A stretch of DNA of 64,000 nt, from NCBI GenBank assembly GCA_016748015.1, contig JAAOMT010000512.1, positions 1,436,893-1,500,892 on the forward strand, given 5' to 3'. The notes under the pieces are model-generated. The model did not search any database. It saw only the letters and a program-made list of their open reading frames with translations, and was not told the DNA's origin. Below are positions 24,432-36,734 of this stretch, one piece after another; positions within the stretch are counted from its first letter, which is position 1, and the number at the start of each line of letters is the position of its first letter. Both the position numbers and the translations under genes were made by a program. The stretch is from Geosiphon pyriformis uo1. Its lineage: Eukaryota; Fungi; Glomeromycota.

Positions 24432-26894
24432 TTATACACTCACAATAACTCCATTACCAATATTCAAGCTGGAAAAAAACAAATAATGCCTTTGCAAATC
24501 AAAGCTAATTACAAAAAACTCAACAATACCAAGTAGACAAATTACTTTATCAAACAGCCAACTGGGCAAACCATGCAATAGAGCAAAAACTCTGCATGTA
24601 TCACAAACCAAGCCACTTTTTTTCATGTTAACTCTAAATTTAGCCTTTAGCAATCATGACTTACTTTGATAGTCATTAGCCAAATAGTAAACAAAATCAA
24701 TCACAACTGACATGACTCTCTTTTTATCATTAAAAATTAAAATGGCCTCTTCAATCCAACTTTTAAAAACAAAATCTTTGCATAATACAGCATATACACT
24801 GACATCAAAGACTTGTAAAAGAGTATATAACACCAAAAATGAAGCTAAAATGCAATTTCCTGTCAAAAATATCCACAAATTAATATGATTGGAAACAATT
24901 TCAGAATGCATCAAAGCATCTGCAAAGCAAGTAAAAACATGATCAGAAAATTCAATGTTACTACACATTAAACACAAAATGTCTAGATAGTTATTGTAAT
25001 ACAATCTCTTATAAACAGCCACTAACAATCTCTTATAAACAGCTTTTATCAGCAAAGTATACAAAGCGGTTGACTTCCAATTAGTAAAACCTGCCAACAT
25101 GTGAGAATCTGGATGCCAAAAGGAGGCAGTATACTTCCAGTCAACAAACCAAATGAATAAGCTGTCTACAACATCCATGCCAGAATTTGTCTTTTATAAA
25201 GTTTGGCTTACAAAATGGTAAACATTGCAAATAAAATGACAAGCACTACCTAAAACAACAAAACCATCAGCCATAAAAAATCTTTTACTTATTTCAACTG
25301 GGAGAATTAGATTCGAACATGATACAGCATAAGTTAGAACATTTACACAAATATTATCAACAACACCTAAGTGTCTTTTCATCTTAACTCATCTTACTGA
25401 AATGTCTTTTGATCTAATTAAATTAGCAATATAATGCTGTTCTATTTAATACTAATTCTGAATGTCAGACTAACTCAACTTATATTCTGACAAATACACA
25501 GCCAAAACTGCTTGGCTATCAGTATATAAAACAACTAAACAAGATAAGAGAATGCATTCCAAAGCCAAGGCTATTGTCTGTAATTTTGCCAATGTAAAAG
25601 ACAACAAACTCTGCATTTTAACATTCACATTTATATCAATCTCAGAGAAATAAGCAGCTGCTTTACAAGCTACATTCTTTATATCCAGATTACTCAAAGA
25701 GCCACAATATAAACACTCAGCTCCTCAGCCCAAATCTCATGCAAACTTTTATAAACATCCACAAAATTACTTGAATTAAAAAAACTAGAACTGGCCAAAA
25801 TGGCAGAATAATTACCAGGTTTTACTAGACAATTGTTCATATACACCAAAGTCTTATTGAATCAAGCCACTACTAGACTCTTAGGGCTCAATTTCTTCCA
25901 ATACTGAAAAGTTCTCCAGTCTATAACAAGGCCATGTTTTATAATTAGACAATTACCAAAGGCAACACCAAAATGCTTTAAAAGATATACTATGTCAAAA
26001 TAGTAAGTAGCTTCCAAGATCTCAGACATAGAGAAGTGGCCAAGACTATAAAATACATAAGATATGTTATTGGCCAATGACACATTTACATCCAAGAAAA
26101 TTCTCATAATTTCTGCCAGAAAATTGTTTAATAGATTAACCTTTAATTTGACTAGACAATGCAAAGAATTCAATAGTGCTTTACTCTAAAACTTGCAAGT
26201 TTAAAGCATAATATACAAACAAATGGCCAAGAATCTCAGAGGCATTGAAAAATCCAATAACTGATACAATCTTAGCTTTAATTTGCACCTGCTTAAAAGA
26301 TTTCAAATTATAAAAATGGATAATACAAAGCTTTATTGGAAAAATTTCTTAGCAATGAGGCTTTAAACTTAAGCTCTTTTTTTACCAAAACATCTTACTT
26401 TTAACACACACTCTTGACAATAAAACTGAACTGTATATGATAGCTGATAATAGACTAAAAAACTACCAAAACCAAGTAAGAAAACTGCTTGTTTGACACT
26501 GCTTTTCTAAGAACCATATTCAAAAAAAATTTAATATTTACATGGGCCTTAGTAAGACTTGGTTTGGATAGACTCTCTGTAAACAAAAAAATACCCAGAT
26601 ATCTATAAGTTTCTCCCTTTTTTGCTATAGAAATAGGTTAATTACTGTGCAAAGTAGCATTCACAACTTTCTGGTTAATAAAAATTGTGATCATTTTGTT
26701 ATTGTTAATTGAAATATTATTAAGTTTATAAAACTTACTAGCAATGTTCAAGATATACTGTGTTAAGACTTGACTATTACTCACTCATATCGTATTATCA
26801 ATAAAAGTGCCAGCTGCAAAAAAGGAAGATCTGCCACTATAATTCTTAATCTTACCAGTTTTTACCACAAATTTGGAGTTAATTCTATAGCCAT
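24432..26894 (-). pseudogene. LINE ORF2 C-terminal half: RT end, RNase H, Cys-His motif
   Basis: GTFIDNTI (decayed FVDD), LAKLQTIALALEC, YTDSQA, CLMCSNIEFSDHVFTC. Confidence 0.88.
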
Positions 26895-27768
26895 TGTTAT
26901 GGGATGGTTTTCTTGTTATATTTAATTGCTGATATTTCGTTTTAATTGCAATCAGTTTTTTGTGAGTTCCTCAATTCTATTTGTGTGATAATGTTACTGT
27001 TATACTGAAAGCTTTCTTTTTAATATTGTGATATAAGTTATTTTTCAATTTCTGATTGTTGTGTGTGTTTATGTACTCCTTCTCAGAGGCTGAACTGAAA
27101 TCTACCCACTGTCTGGGGTCTTCTTTGAGGCTATCCTTGCAATTGTCTAATGTGTTTCTCTAATCTAGAAACACAGAATGTTAATGGCCTTTAGCGCTTT
27201 TTCTAATTCTTACAATAAAGCTTTTATTAATTAGTAACAACGTAAATAATCTTGATCAAGGATTATTCTTCCAAGAGATTCAGTTGATGAATAATAGTTT
27301 CATTCAATAAATAATACAAGTAAGTTTCTTAATACTTTGGGTTGTGATAATTCAGTTTTAAATATTCTTTTTCATTTCTTTTTGATTTAAAGATTTCTTG
27401 GGATATTTAATTTGAAAGTATGATTTAAAGTGGAGTTTGTTGGATAAAATTGGATTTATTGCTTGATAAGTTATGATTTTTATTACTTGCTTGTTTTTTC
27501 CCAATATTAAAGCTACTGTATATATACATGTTTGTAGTTCTATGAGAAAACACATTGTAATACTTTCTTTTTGATATTTCAACCTGGTGTTTGCTGCTAT
27601 TACCAGTTGGTGTTGGCTGCTATTGTGAACTGGTGCTTGCCACTATCACGAGATGGTATTTGCTACTATGTTAATCATTATCTTTTTAAGATTATTACTG
27701 TGCTATATTATGATTGAATAGTTTATATTATTTTTATGATTCTTTTGCTAAATTCTTAAACCATAATA
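26895..27768 (-). repeat. 3' LTR of element C
   Basis: Same length as 36735-37608 and collinear with it. Confidence 0.96.
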
Positions 27769-27781
27769 TTATCCTCTCTTT

Positions 27782-28447
27782 TCAAGATTGAGCTCTGTCA
27801 AAATCGAAGTTAATTTCTTCATTAAATTCTAAGTTACTATAGTGGTTCAATACTATGTTATTAATTTGTTGTTGTAATTCTTGAAATTGCAAGTTGGTAA
27901 GTCATCTAATACTGTTGGTTGTTATTATGTTCATGGTTGGGTCCAACAATAATTTGTGACAGTTTTCAAATGCTTTAAAAATTCTGTAAACTGTTTTTGA
28001 ATAGAATGTAGTGTTGGTTTTTCCAATAAAAGGTTCTAATAGTTGGATAGTTGTTTTGTCAAACACTCTAGTTGAGTCTTTTGAGTATAATGTTTGTATG
28101 TTTAAGTGCTTTCCTAGTTGATAATAACAGTAATTAATTGGAAATTTCATTTTCAAGTTGCTAAATGTGTCTGGTGTTAATTCACTTATTTCTATTTCTT
28201 CCATTATTAATGTATTGCCCAATGCTATCTCTAATTTTTCAATAACTTTGCTGATAAATTTGTTGTTATATTTGGCAATATTATATGGTTCAAAATTATG
28301 TTCTTTTCTTGTTTTTGGATTTTCTATTGTTCTTTTTATGTATGTTATTTTGGAGCTATTAACTGTGATTTCCAGATCGGATTTTAATTGTTGTAAGCTT
28401 TCAACTAATTGTTGAGTTATATTGTTGATGTTTTCTGGAATAAGTAT
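27782..28447 (-). pseudogene. ORF3 of element C (222 codons; start decayed to ATA; one internal stop)
   Basis: (M)LIPENINNITQQLV...INYCYYQLGKHLNIQ...KTVYRIFKAF...DFDRAQS-stop. Confidence 0.8.
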
Positions 28448-28534
28448 TATTGTTTTAATTTTGACTGCTATTTTGGAATTTTTTGCATGCGTTTTTATGG
28501 TTGTTAAATCATTTTTGCTGTGATCTAAGATTAA

Positions 28535-29914
28535 TTATTTTTTTGAATAATGTTCAATTAAAACTATTGGTTCTAAATCTTGTGGAATTTGTTCTGGTAG
28601 AATTAAAGGTAATTGTGTTCCAATTCTGGATGTCTTTGTTGTTATTACTGGTTTACTGTAATAGAATTTCAGCCGGTTACCATGTGCTGCTTTTCTTAAT
28701 ATGTTATCATTTAGTCTTAGCTTGTATGCTCTATTTCCAAGTATTTCGTGAATATAAAATGGTCCATTCCATTTGTGATCAAATTTTCCACTCCATTGTT
28801 TTTCTATTTTTGTACAATGCAACAATACTTTATCTCCAATTTTGTAGCTAATTATATTATCTGATAACTGGTTATTATGTCTCACTTTTTGTTGTTCTTG
28901 TGATTGTTCAATATTTTGTGCTGCTTTTTTTCTTTTGTTTTCTAAAGTTCTCATTAATTCATATGTTCTTCTAAGTAGTGTTTCCTGAAATGTTGCTTCC
29001 ATGATAGTGTCACTTGGATAAGTTGGGATAGTAAGTTCAACTGGTAATGTGGCTTTTCTTCTATAAACTAGTTCAAATGGTGTAAATTGTGTAGTATCTT
29101 GTTTTACTGTTCTATATGTTAGTAGTACTGCTGGTATGAACAAAACCTATTCTTTTTCATGTTTGTTACTAATTTTTGCCAGTGATTCGCATAATATGTG
29201 ATTAAATCTTTCAACTAATCCATTTGTTTAAGGGTGGTATGGTGATGACAGTAGTCGCTTGATTCCAAATTTTTGGCTAAGTTCTTTTAAGATGCTGTTT
29301 ACAAAGTGTGTGCCTTGATCTGATAGCAATTCTTGTGGACATCTATGCCAGCAAATTAAGTCTTCATGTATGAATTGAGCTATGGGAATAGCATCAGCTG
29401 TTTTAATAGCTCTAGTTTCTGGCCATTTGGTAAGATAGTCCATGGCTACTGCAATATAATGGTTGTTTCTTGTTATTATTGGTAAGGGTCCAACTAAATC
29501 AATTCCAATTCTGTCAAATGGTTGTCCAACTTTTATTGGTCTTAATAATTCCATTGTTTTTGTTCCTCTTTTTTGTTGGCATGGGTCACAATTTCTTATG
29601 TATTGGATTATGTCTGAACTCATTTTTGGCCAATAGTAACAGCTAGTTGCACGTTGGATGGTTGCTGTTTTTCCAAAGTGGTCTGAATGAATATCTGAGT
29701 GCATGTTAAATAAGATAGTTTTTTTTTCATCCGTAGTTATAACTCTTAATAAATTATCTGGATTTTGTCAATTCTGGTAATAAAGTATGTGATTTTGGAT
29801 GAAATAGTGTTTTGCTAATTTTTGGAACTTAATTAGCTCTTTTACTGGCATTTTTTTGTCTATTTGTAGTGTTTCCAAGTATTGGCTGAGGTTTTTGTAA
29901 AGGTGATTGTTTAT
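28535..29914 (-). pseudogene. pol: Integrase of element C
   Basis: HSDIHSDHFG...CDPCQ, GIDLVGPLP, SDQGTHF, KWNGPFYI. Confidence 0.93.
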
Positions 29915-29943
29915 TGTTGTTGTGGTGGGTGGGTTGGTGATTT

Positions 29944-31350
29944 TTATGTGTGTCTTATTCTTGACAAACAGTTAGCATTAACATTTTTGGTACCTTTTTT
30001 GTATTTGATAATATAATCGTATGGTGTTAATGTTTGTGACCATCTGGCATATTTTCCTTTTAGCGCTTTCTTGTTATTTAACCAGACCAGATCTCTATGA
30101 TCTATGGTAATCTGAAAGGGTTGGTACCATAAATATGTGTCAAAGTGAACACAACTCCAGACTACTGTTAAGCATTCAAGTTCATGTACTGCATAGTTTT
30201 GTTCTGCCATACTGAGACTTTTGCTGGCATAAGCGATTACACGTTCTCTTCTATTATCATCTTTTTGTGACAGAATGGCTCCAAGTCTAATTCAAGAGGC
30301 ATCTGTGGCCAAAATGAATTTCTTGTTAAAATTCGGATAGATTATTATTGGTGATTCAATGAGCTTTTGTCTAAGATACTCAAAAGCTTTTTGTTGTGCT
30401 TTAGTCCATTCAAACTTCACATTTTTGGATAGTAGGTAATTAAGGGATTTGGCAATGTTTGAAAAGTTTTCTACAAAGTGGCGGTAGTAAGATACGAGTC
30501 CTAAAAAGCTTCTAACTTCTGAAACGTTTTGAAATACTGGAAAATTTTTCATTTTGTCTATTTTTGATAGATCTGGTTTTATTTTATCTTTTCCAACTAC
30601 ATGTCCTAAAAATACTAGCTTATTTTTCCTAAAGAAACATTTTTCTAGATTTAGTTTAAGTCCAGCATATCTCAATTTCTCAAAAACTTGTTGTAAATAT
30701 TGGAGATGATCCATGAATTTTGACGAGAAAACATTTGTATTATCCAAGTAGACAACAATGGATTGCCACAGGATTCCAGAGTAAATTACATCCATTAGTC
30801 TTTGGAATGTCACGGAAGCATTTGTTAATTCAAATGGCATTACATTGAACTCATAATTGTCATTTTGAGTTGTGAATGCTGTTTTATGCCTGTTCTTTAG
30901 GTCTATTTCCACTTGTCAGTACCCACTGGTCAAATCCAGTGTAGAAAACCATTTTGCTCCTCCAAAAACGTCGAAGATTTTGTCAATTAATGGTATTGGG
31001 TATGAGTTTTTGGTTGTTTTGCTGTTTAGTTTGCAATAGTCGACACAAAATCTAATTTTTCCATTCTTTTTCTTTATTAAAACAACTGGTGAGGACCATG
31101 GGCTCATTGATGGTTGTATTATTCCTTTTTCCAACATGTTTTAGAATTCTTCTCTGATAAAATTATGCTCCATTGGTGGGACACAATAAGCGCATTGTTT
31201 TTCAGGTCTGGTGTTTCCAGTGGAGATTTGGTGTTGAACCAAGTTGGTTCTTCCAAATTCGCCATTTCGTGAAAATATATCAGAGTATTTTAAAATTAAT
31301 GCTTTTAATTGTTGCTGTTGGTCAGGATCCATTGTTCTAATATTTAATTT
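29944..31350 (-). pseudogene. pol: RT and RNase H of element C
   Basis: SPWSSPVVL, RFCVDY, YLDN, ILATDAS, HELECL, NANCLSR. Confidence 0.94.
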
Positions 31351-31779
31351 GGCCAATTTTTCTGGCATAAATTGATAGCATTCTAATGGTTGTTGCCAAT
31401 TTATTGAAGTGAGTTCACAGTAAAGGGCAATTTCTGGGAAATTTAGAATTTCTTGTGGTGTTGATGCATTTTCTAGCTCCATTCCAAGATATCCAATGAT
31501 AGTATTTTCCGGAATGTAGACGGGTTCTTCTGTGGTGTTTGCGATAGGAATTTTTATCTATTGAGCTTTATCAGCTGGAATAAAAAAGTTAATAAGTCTT
31601 ATGAGAAACTGTTGGCAAGTTTCTGAGTAGGGCTCAAATATTAGATTTTTTTCTTTAATTGTCTTTTTTATTCTTATTTCTGATTTTCCATATAGTAGAA
31701 ACATGATGGACCGCTCATTTTTAATTACTTTGCCTTTTTCCTCTATTGTTTTAGCAAAATTTGCTTCAATTCCTTTTTC

Positions 31780-32210
31780 TGTCGATCCAAAACCAAAAGT
31801 TCTTCTTGTTGTTTGTGACAATTCCTCACGATTTTCCACTGGCACAAATTTCCCAATTTTTACCAATGGTAAGAAAATTGCTTGTGCAATCTTTTCTTTA
31901 GATTCAATGGTATAAGGCTTTTTTGAATTGTTCTGTAGTAAAACCATCAAATTTCTAGTATATCCAAAGTCAATTACTCCTCTTTGAACACTTATTCCTT
32001 TTTTTCATGAGGCTTGATCGTGATGCTATTTGAATCATTATTCCTGGTGGAATTTTAACCACTATTTTTAGGTCAATTTTGGTAATGCTTCTAAATGGTA
32101 ATGTTGTGGATTGGTCTTCCGAATAATATAGATCAAATCTGGCGTTGGTTAAATGGACTCTTTCGGATATTATTCCTAAGTGCCCGTTGTTGAAGTATCG
32201 AATGTCGGTT
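31780..32210 (-). pseudogene. dut: dUTPase domain of element C, one frameshift
   Basis: NARFDL, QIASRSSL, GVIDFGYT, EKIAQAI, RRTFGFGST. Confidence 0.9.
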
Positions 32211-32339
32211 ATCTGTTCTAGGTCAGTATAGACTACAAATTTTTTTGACTCAGGACCATTAGGTGAGTCTTGTTGATTTATTGATTGATTTTGAGACTGC
32301 TGATTCTCAATTTCCATTTTTCTTTCTAAGTCCCTTTCA

Positions 32340-32960
32340 TCTTGACACTCTTCACAGCACTGATTTTGGCATGGAATAAGACAGTTTTCGCAGAGGTAAG
32401 TGTTGATTTGGGTGAGGTATTGTTCTTACTCTTGTCGAGTGGGGCATAGTTGTTGGTAGTAGTCCTGGAATTTGTCAACTGGGTCAAACATGTTGTAGCT
32501 GGCAACTTTGTTAGCTACTTTGGCTGACTCTTTCCAATGTCATATTTTTTCAGTAGTTCCTCCTCTTACTTTGGCTTGTGCAGTGTTATACAACTCGTTC
32601 TTGTCATGTGGATAGTGCTGTAGTCTTTTTAATGCTCTGTTGAATACTGCTTCGAATGGTGTTCCTCCTCTTATCCAGTCACAGATGAGGATCATGTATT
32701 GGCAAGTTGTGTCACACATTCCTCCTCTGCCTGGTATGTTGTTCCAGTCACACTCTCTTGGTAATGGTTTTCTACAAGCGAGGCATGGTTTCTTATTCCA
32801 TTTTCCATGTCTTTCTGGATAACCATATTTTTCTTTGTTACAACGGTTACAATAGTAGTGGGTAGGCTTTCTTGGGTCTTTATCTGGTGTGCTGCATGCA
32901 GTCATAGACGAGAGTTTTTTCTTGCAAACTGAGCATTCTAGCTTTGGTCTGCGTTACTAA
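32340..32960 (-). pseudogene. Cysteine-rich domain of element C
   Basis: CSVC, CNRC, CLAC, CDTTCQY, RGGTPF, YPHD, CENCLIPCQNQCCEEC. Confidence 0.75.
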
Positions 32961-33149
32961 TGGTTTCTTCGTGAACTTACTTGGTTTTATTTGGATCTTT
33001 TTTTGCTGGTCCACATTGGTATGACTGGCAGTCCTGTTCTTTGGTCATCAGCCCAAGAGAGTTGATAGGTTTTGATGGCTGGTAGTACTGAATCTTTCTC
33101 AAATTCGAAGGTAGGTCTTTGGTTGGTGCTGGGTTTTTGGAAATGGCCA

Positions 33150-33642
33150 CAGGTGGCTGGAATTTTGGCCTGGTGGTCATTATAATTGATCAGAAGCTCT
33201 TGAGTGGTCCAGTTTAGGGTGGTGTTGGTTTTTGTTAGCCAGTCATTCCCTACTAACGCTTGATATTGTGTAGCATTCATTACTAATACTTTGTAGGTAT
33301 TACTATGCCATTAATTTCGAAAGAGAATGAGTCGATTTCACCATAAGACAGCTTTGTACTTCTATTGGCTGTTATGATTTGAGACATCGTGGCACAATCA
33401 ACTTTGAAACCCAGTTGGTTTACTAGTTGAAGCATTATAATGCTTCCAGCGGATCCGCTGTCTAAGATAAGTTTGATTGGGGTATTGTTTACAGTGGCTT
33501 CTGTATACATAGCAGTAATTGGGCATTTTTCATTCAATGCTGCTCCACTAAACATAGCTTTGTTTTCCTCTAATTCAAAAGGAAAAATAGCTGCAAGGCT
33601 GCTATCTTCAGTGGCAACTGCTGGTGGTATTGTCTGGCTCAA
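33150..33642 (-). pseudogene. Aspartic protease of element C
   Basis: LILDSGSAGSII and LVGNDWL. Confidence 0.92.
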
Positions 33643-33849
33643 TTTGTTGGAGGAATTTTTGGTTCTGTTTATGTTTCTACCATTATTGTTTCTGATGATA
33701 AGATTTTTTGGTATATTAAGATAAGTTTGTTGATAATTTTGGTAGTTTAGATTGGTTTGCTAATTGGTTCCAGCGCAGTTTGGATTCCTTTGAACCAATG
33801 CGTTCTGGTTCTACATGGGCTGATTTCGGGTCTCGGAATGCCAATTCGG

Positions 33850-34845
33850 TGTTACCGGAGGTTTTTGGTCTCATTTCTGTAATGTTGTTGATACTTATTT
33901 GCTGTGAATTCACGTTTTCTGGATGTGGTTGAACCTCCAGTAACTGAATTTTTTTTTTTTTTTTAACTTCAAATTATCTCCTATAATTTGAACTTGCTGG
34001 GCTTATGAGTGGAATGGCCAATTCCGTGCCAGTTGCTTTATGTAGTTATGTTGTAGTAAACATCAACTCTTTCCCAGGAATTGCTCGTCTGGAAGCTCAC
34101 TAAAAATGTGTAGTTACTTTGCTGTGAAAGTTAACTCTTCTACAGGAATCTTGTCTGTAGGCTACCCTAATGATTGTAATAAGAAAAGAAAAGAAACATA
34201 AAAGAAATGTAAAAGAAATAAGATTTTTATCAAGAGAAATGTTTTCTATTCAGGTCTGGAGTCACTAATAGTTTACTGAAATTGGTAGCTAATCAATTTC
34301 AAAACGTTAGTTGGGTTTTGGGGATTTTCCAAGTGCAATAATTAAAGAATTTGGTTTTTCAATTTATTTGATATTTATTTCTTTTTGTGTGTATAGGAAT
34401 GGTTCTAAGTGATAAATCTAAAGTAAGATACATTTTCTCAAAGAGAGAAGCTCTTCTTTTATACAACTTGTCATAACACTATTCTATGAACTTGAACTTT
34501 GCTATTTACTACAATTTTGCTGAACTAAAAATACATTTTGGTGAACTACAAGTTATTTCTGCAAACTTATTAAATATTTCGGTGAACTATCAATTATTTT
34601 GGCGAATTTCTATAAATTTCAGCAAACTTTTGAATGTTACATAGTTTGGGGTATTGCATGATTGATCATCGCAATTAGGTTACATTTGTGTTGTGTACAA
34701 TTTGGGTTATTAATTAAATAATAATTTTGAACATTCTTTGTTAATGTAATAAGTGATAATTTGAAACGATAATATATGCTAATTAATAATAGGAATTATA
34801 AGATAGTTTTATGCTAATTGATATCTCTAATTTCATCTGGTAACA
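33850..34845 (-). mobile_element. Solo LTR of family 2 (A-type) inserted into gag of element C
   Basis: TGTTACCGG...CTGGTAACA, homologous to the A LTRs; TSD TCGG (33846-33849) / TTGG (34846-34849). Confidence 0.93.
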
Positions 34846-36652
34846 TTGGGTTGGCTATCATGGGCTGTTGCTAGTAAGCTCCTTGATTTTAATATGTGAT
34901 GGGATATTGGTATAGTATTGGCATGTACTGGTTTCTGGACATTTGGAGTGATGTGTAGTAATTATTTTCGCATGCTTCCTGCATTATTTGCATTTGACAT
35001 TGACTAATCAAATGTTCTACACATTTGCAAAAATGGCAGGCACGCGTTTCTGTTCTGAATTCCTGGTGCGACGAGCAATTATTTCGACTGTTGCTGACTT
35101 CCTGGCTGCATCTTTGGGGTGGTTGATATGTATTTCTTCTTAAATCCAGGATGAAATAACTTTCTATTTTCTTAGAAAGTTTCTTTCCAAATTGTGTTAC
35201 TCTTTTCTCTAATGTTTCTGTCTTATTTTCCTCTATTACTATGTTAACTATTTGACTATGGTTAGCTTCTTTCTCAGTTGATTCAAGGGCTCTGACAAGT
35301 GTAATGGCTTCTGGTAAGGAATTAGGGTGGGCAGGGCATACTCTTCCTAAAATGCTGCTTTTTAATCCTCTAATAAACTGATTTAAAATCTGAGGATCAG
35401 TGTAGTATCCTTGTTTAATCACTTCAATCTAATGGTGAATTTGATTGAATCAAGCAAGGTATTGGGTAACAGTTTCACTGGTATTTTGCTTGATAGTATT
35501 GAATTCGTTCTGTAGTTGGATTATGGTATTTGGATTGCTAAATAACTCCAAGAATGCATTTTTAAATTCGGTGAAGCTCGTGGGTTTTGTTTCCAGGCTT
35601 TGATACCACAAATCGGCTGTGCCTTTTAGGAAGAAAGGTAATGTTTGAATTGCTCTTTGGTTGTTCCAGTTATTTGCCTGGATGGCTTTTTGTGCTTCTC
35701 TGAGCCATGTGTGCATGTCCATTTCTTCTTCTTCTGAGAAATCTGTTAGTCTTGCAATGTATGGTGTGGTCATTTCGTTGCCATTTTCTGCTGATGGGCT
35801 TATTGGTCTAAGAGGAGGTGGGATGATATTTCTTTGAGCATTCCTAAAGATGGCTTCCCTTATATCTAGTTCTTCCTCTTAATCACGAGTTTCTTGGTTT
35901 TTGGACTGGCTGCTTGTTCCAGTAACTGGTCTTGTGATTGTTTTTTCACTGGTCTCTTTTTCGGATTCCGATTCAGACTCCTCTTTATGGTTTTCAAACC
36001 CTGTTCTAAATTTTGGCTAAAAAAGAGGGTTTTGGAATAGTGATGAATATCCTCCTGTAATTGATATGTCTCCTCAGTTATATTGTTTAATTTTATCAGT
36101 ATAACTAGGAGTTCTTAGCATTTGTGGAGTTGATGTCGATGATGATGCAGCTCCTAATGGAATTTGTATCTTATTTTCTGGTGAAAAATGGTATGATTTA
36201 TCTTCTGGTGAATAAATACGTTGTTTTTTTATTGATTGAGTGACAGTTTTCTTTGGTGTTTGAGCAGGTGTTCCTAGTTTTTGCTGGTTACTTTCCTGAT
36301 TAGTTTCTAAATTTTCTTTGGTTTTGTTGGCACGTTCCCTAGTGTTTCCTGTGGATATTAGAAAATTTTTTTTGGCGTATTGCTCAATTTCTCAATGGAT
36401 TTTGACAATAGTTGCAGCTATTACTGCTACTTCTTTTGTAGTGTATTGTGATAATTCTCTATACAATCCAAGTTTTGCATCGTGTGGTTCTTCTTCCTTT
36501 CCTATATGATAATTTATTCTGGCATTGATATAATAAGTGAGAGCAGATTCTGCTGGACAACACTCTTCTGGTAATCCAAGATCACTTTGATTTTGTGTGT
36601 AAATAGCATGGCAGAATTCAAGAACAGTAAGATTAGGGGTTTTTGTTACCAC
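34846..36652 (-). pseudogene. gag: Gag of element C: N-terminal extension, capsid, CCHC knuckle
   Basis: MTTPYIARLTDF...WLREAQKAIQANNW, QILNQFIRGL, CHFCKCVEHLISQC; all three track ORFs share one frame. Confidence 0.9.
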
Positions 36653-36734
36653 TTTTGTTTCTTCCTTTTTAGCAATGAATTATTGCTAATTATTATTTCT
36701 TTTTTGATTTTCTTTTCTCATAGGGTTCACCAAA

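Noticed and set aside
27585-27670. Mini CRISPR or tRNA-like repeat in the C LTR
   Set aside because: The period is only 23 bp with 7-nt variable parts, which fits an ordinary LTR enhancer-type tandem repeat.
28535-28700. Chromodomain at the integrase C-terminus
   Set aside because: Only a ~35-aa tail with P-Q-D-L-E-P-I follows RLK-x-YY, and no chromodomain aromatic motif is present.
36653-36721. ATG overlapping the PBS of element C as the gag start
   Set aside because: It is in frame but followed by two stops and has no counterpart in A, B or D. It could be a uORF; not fully excluded.
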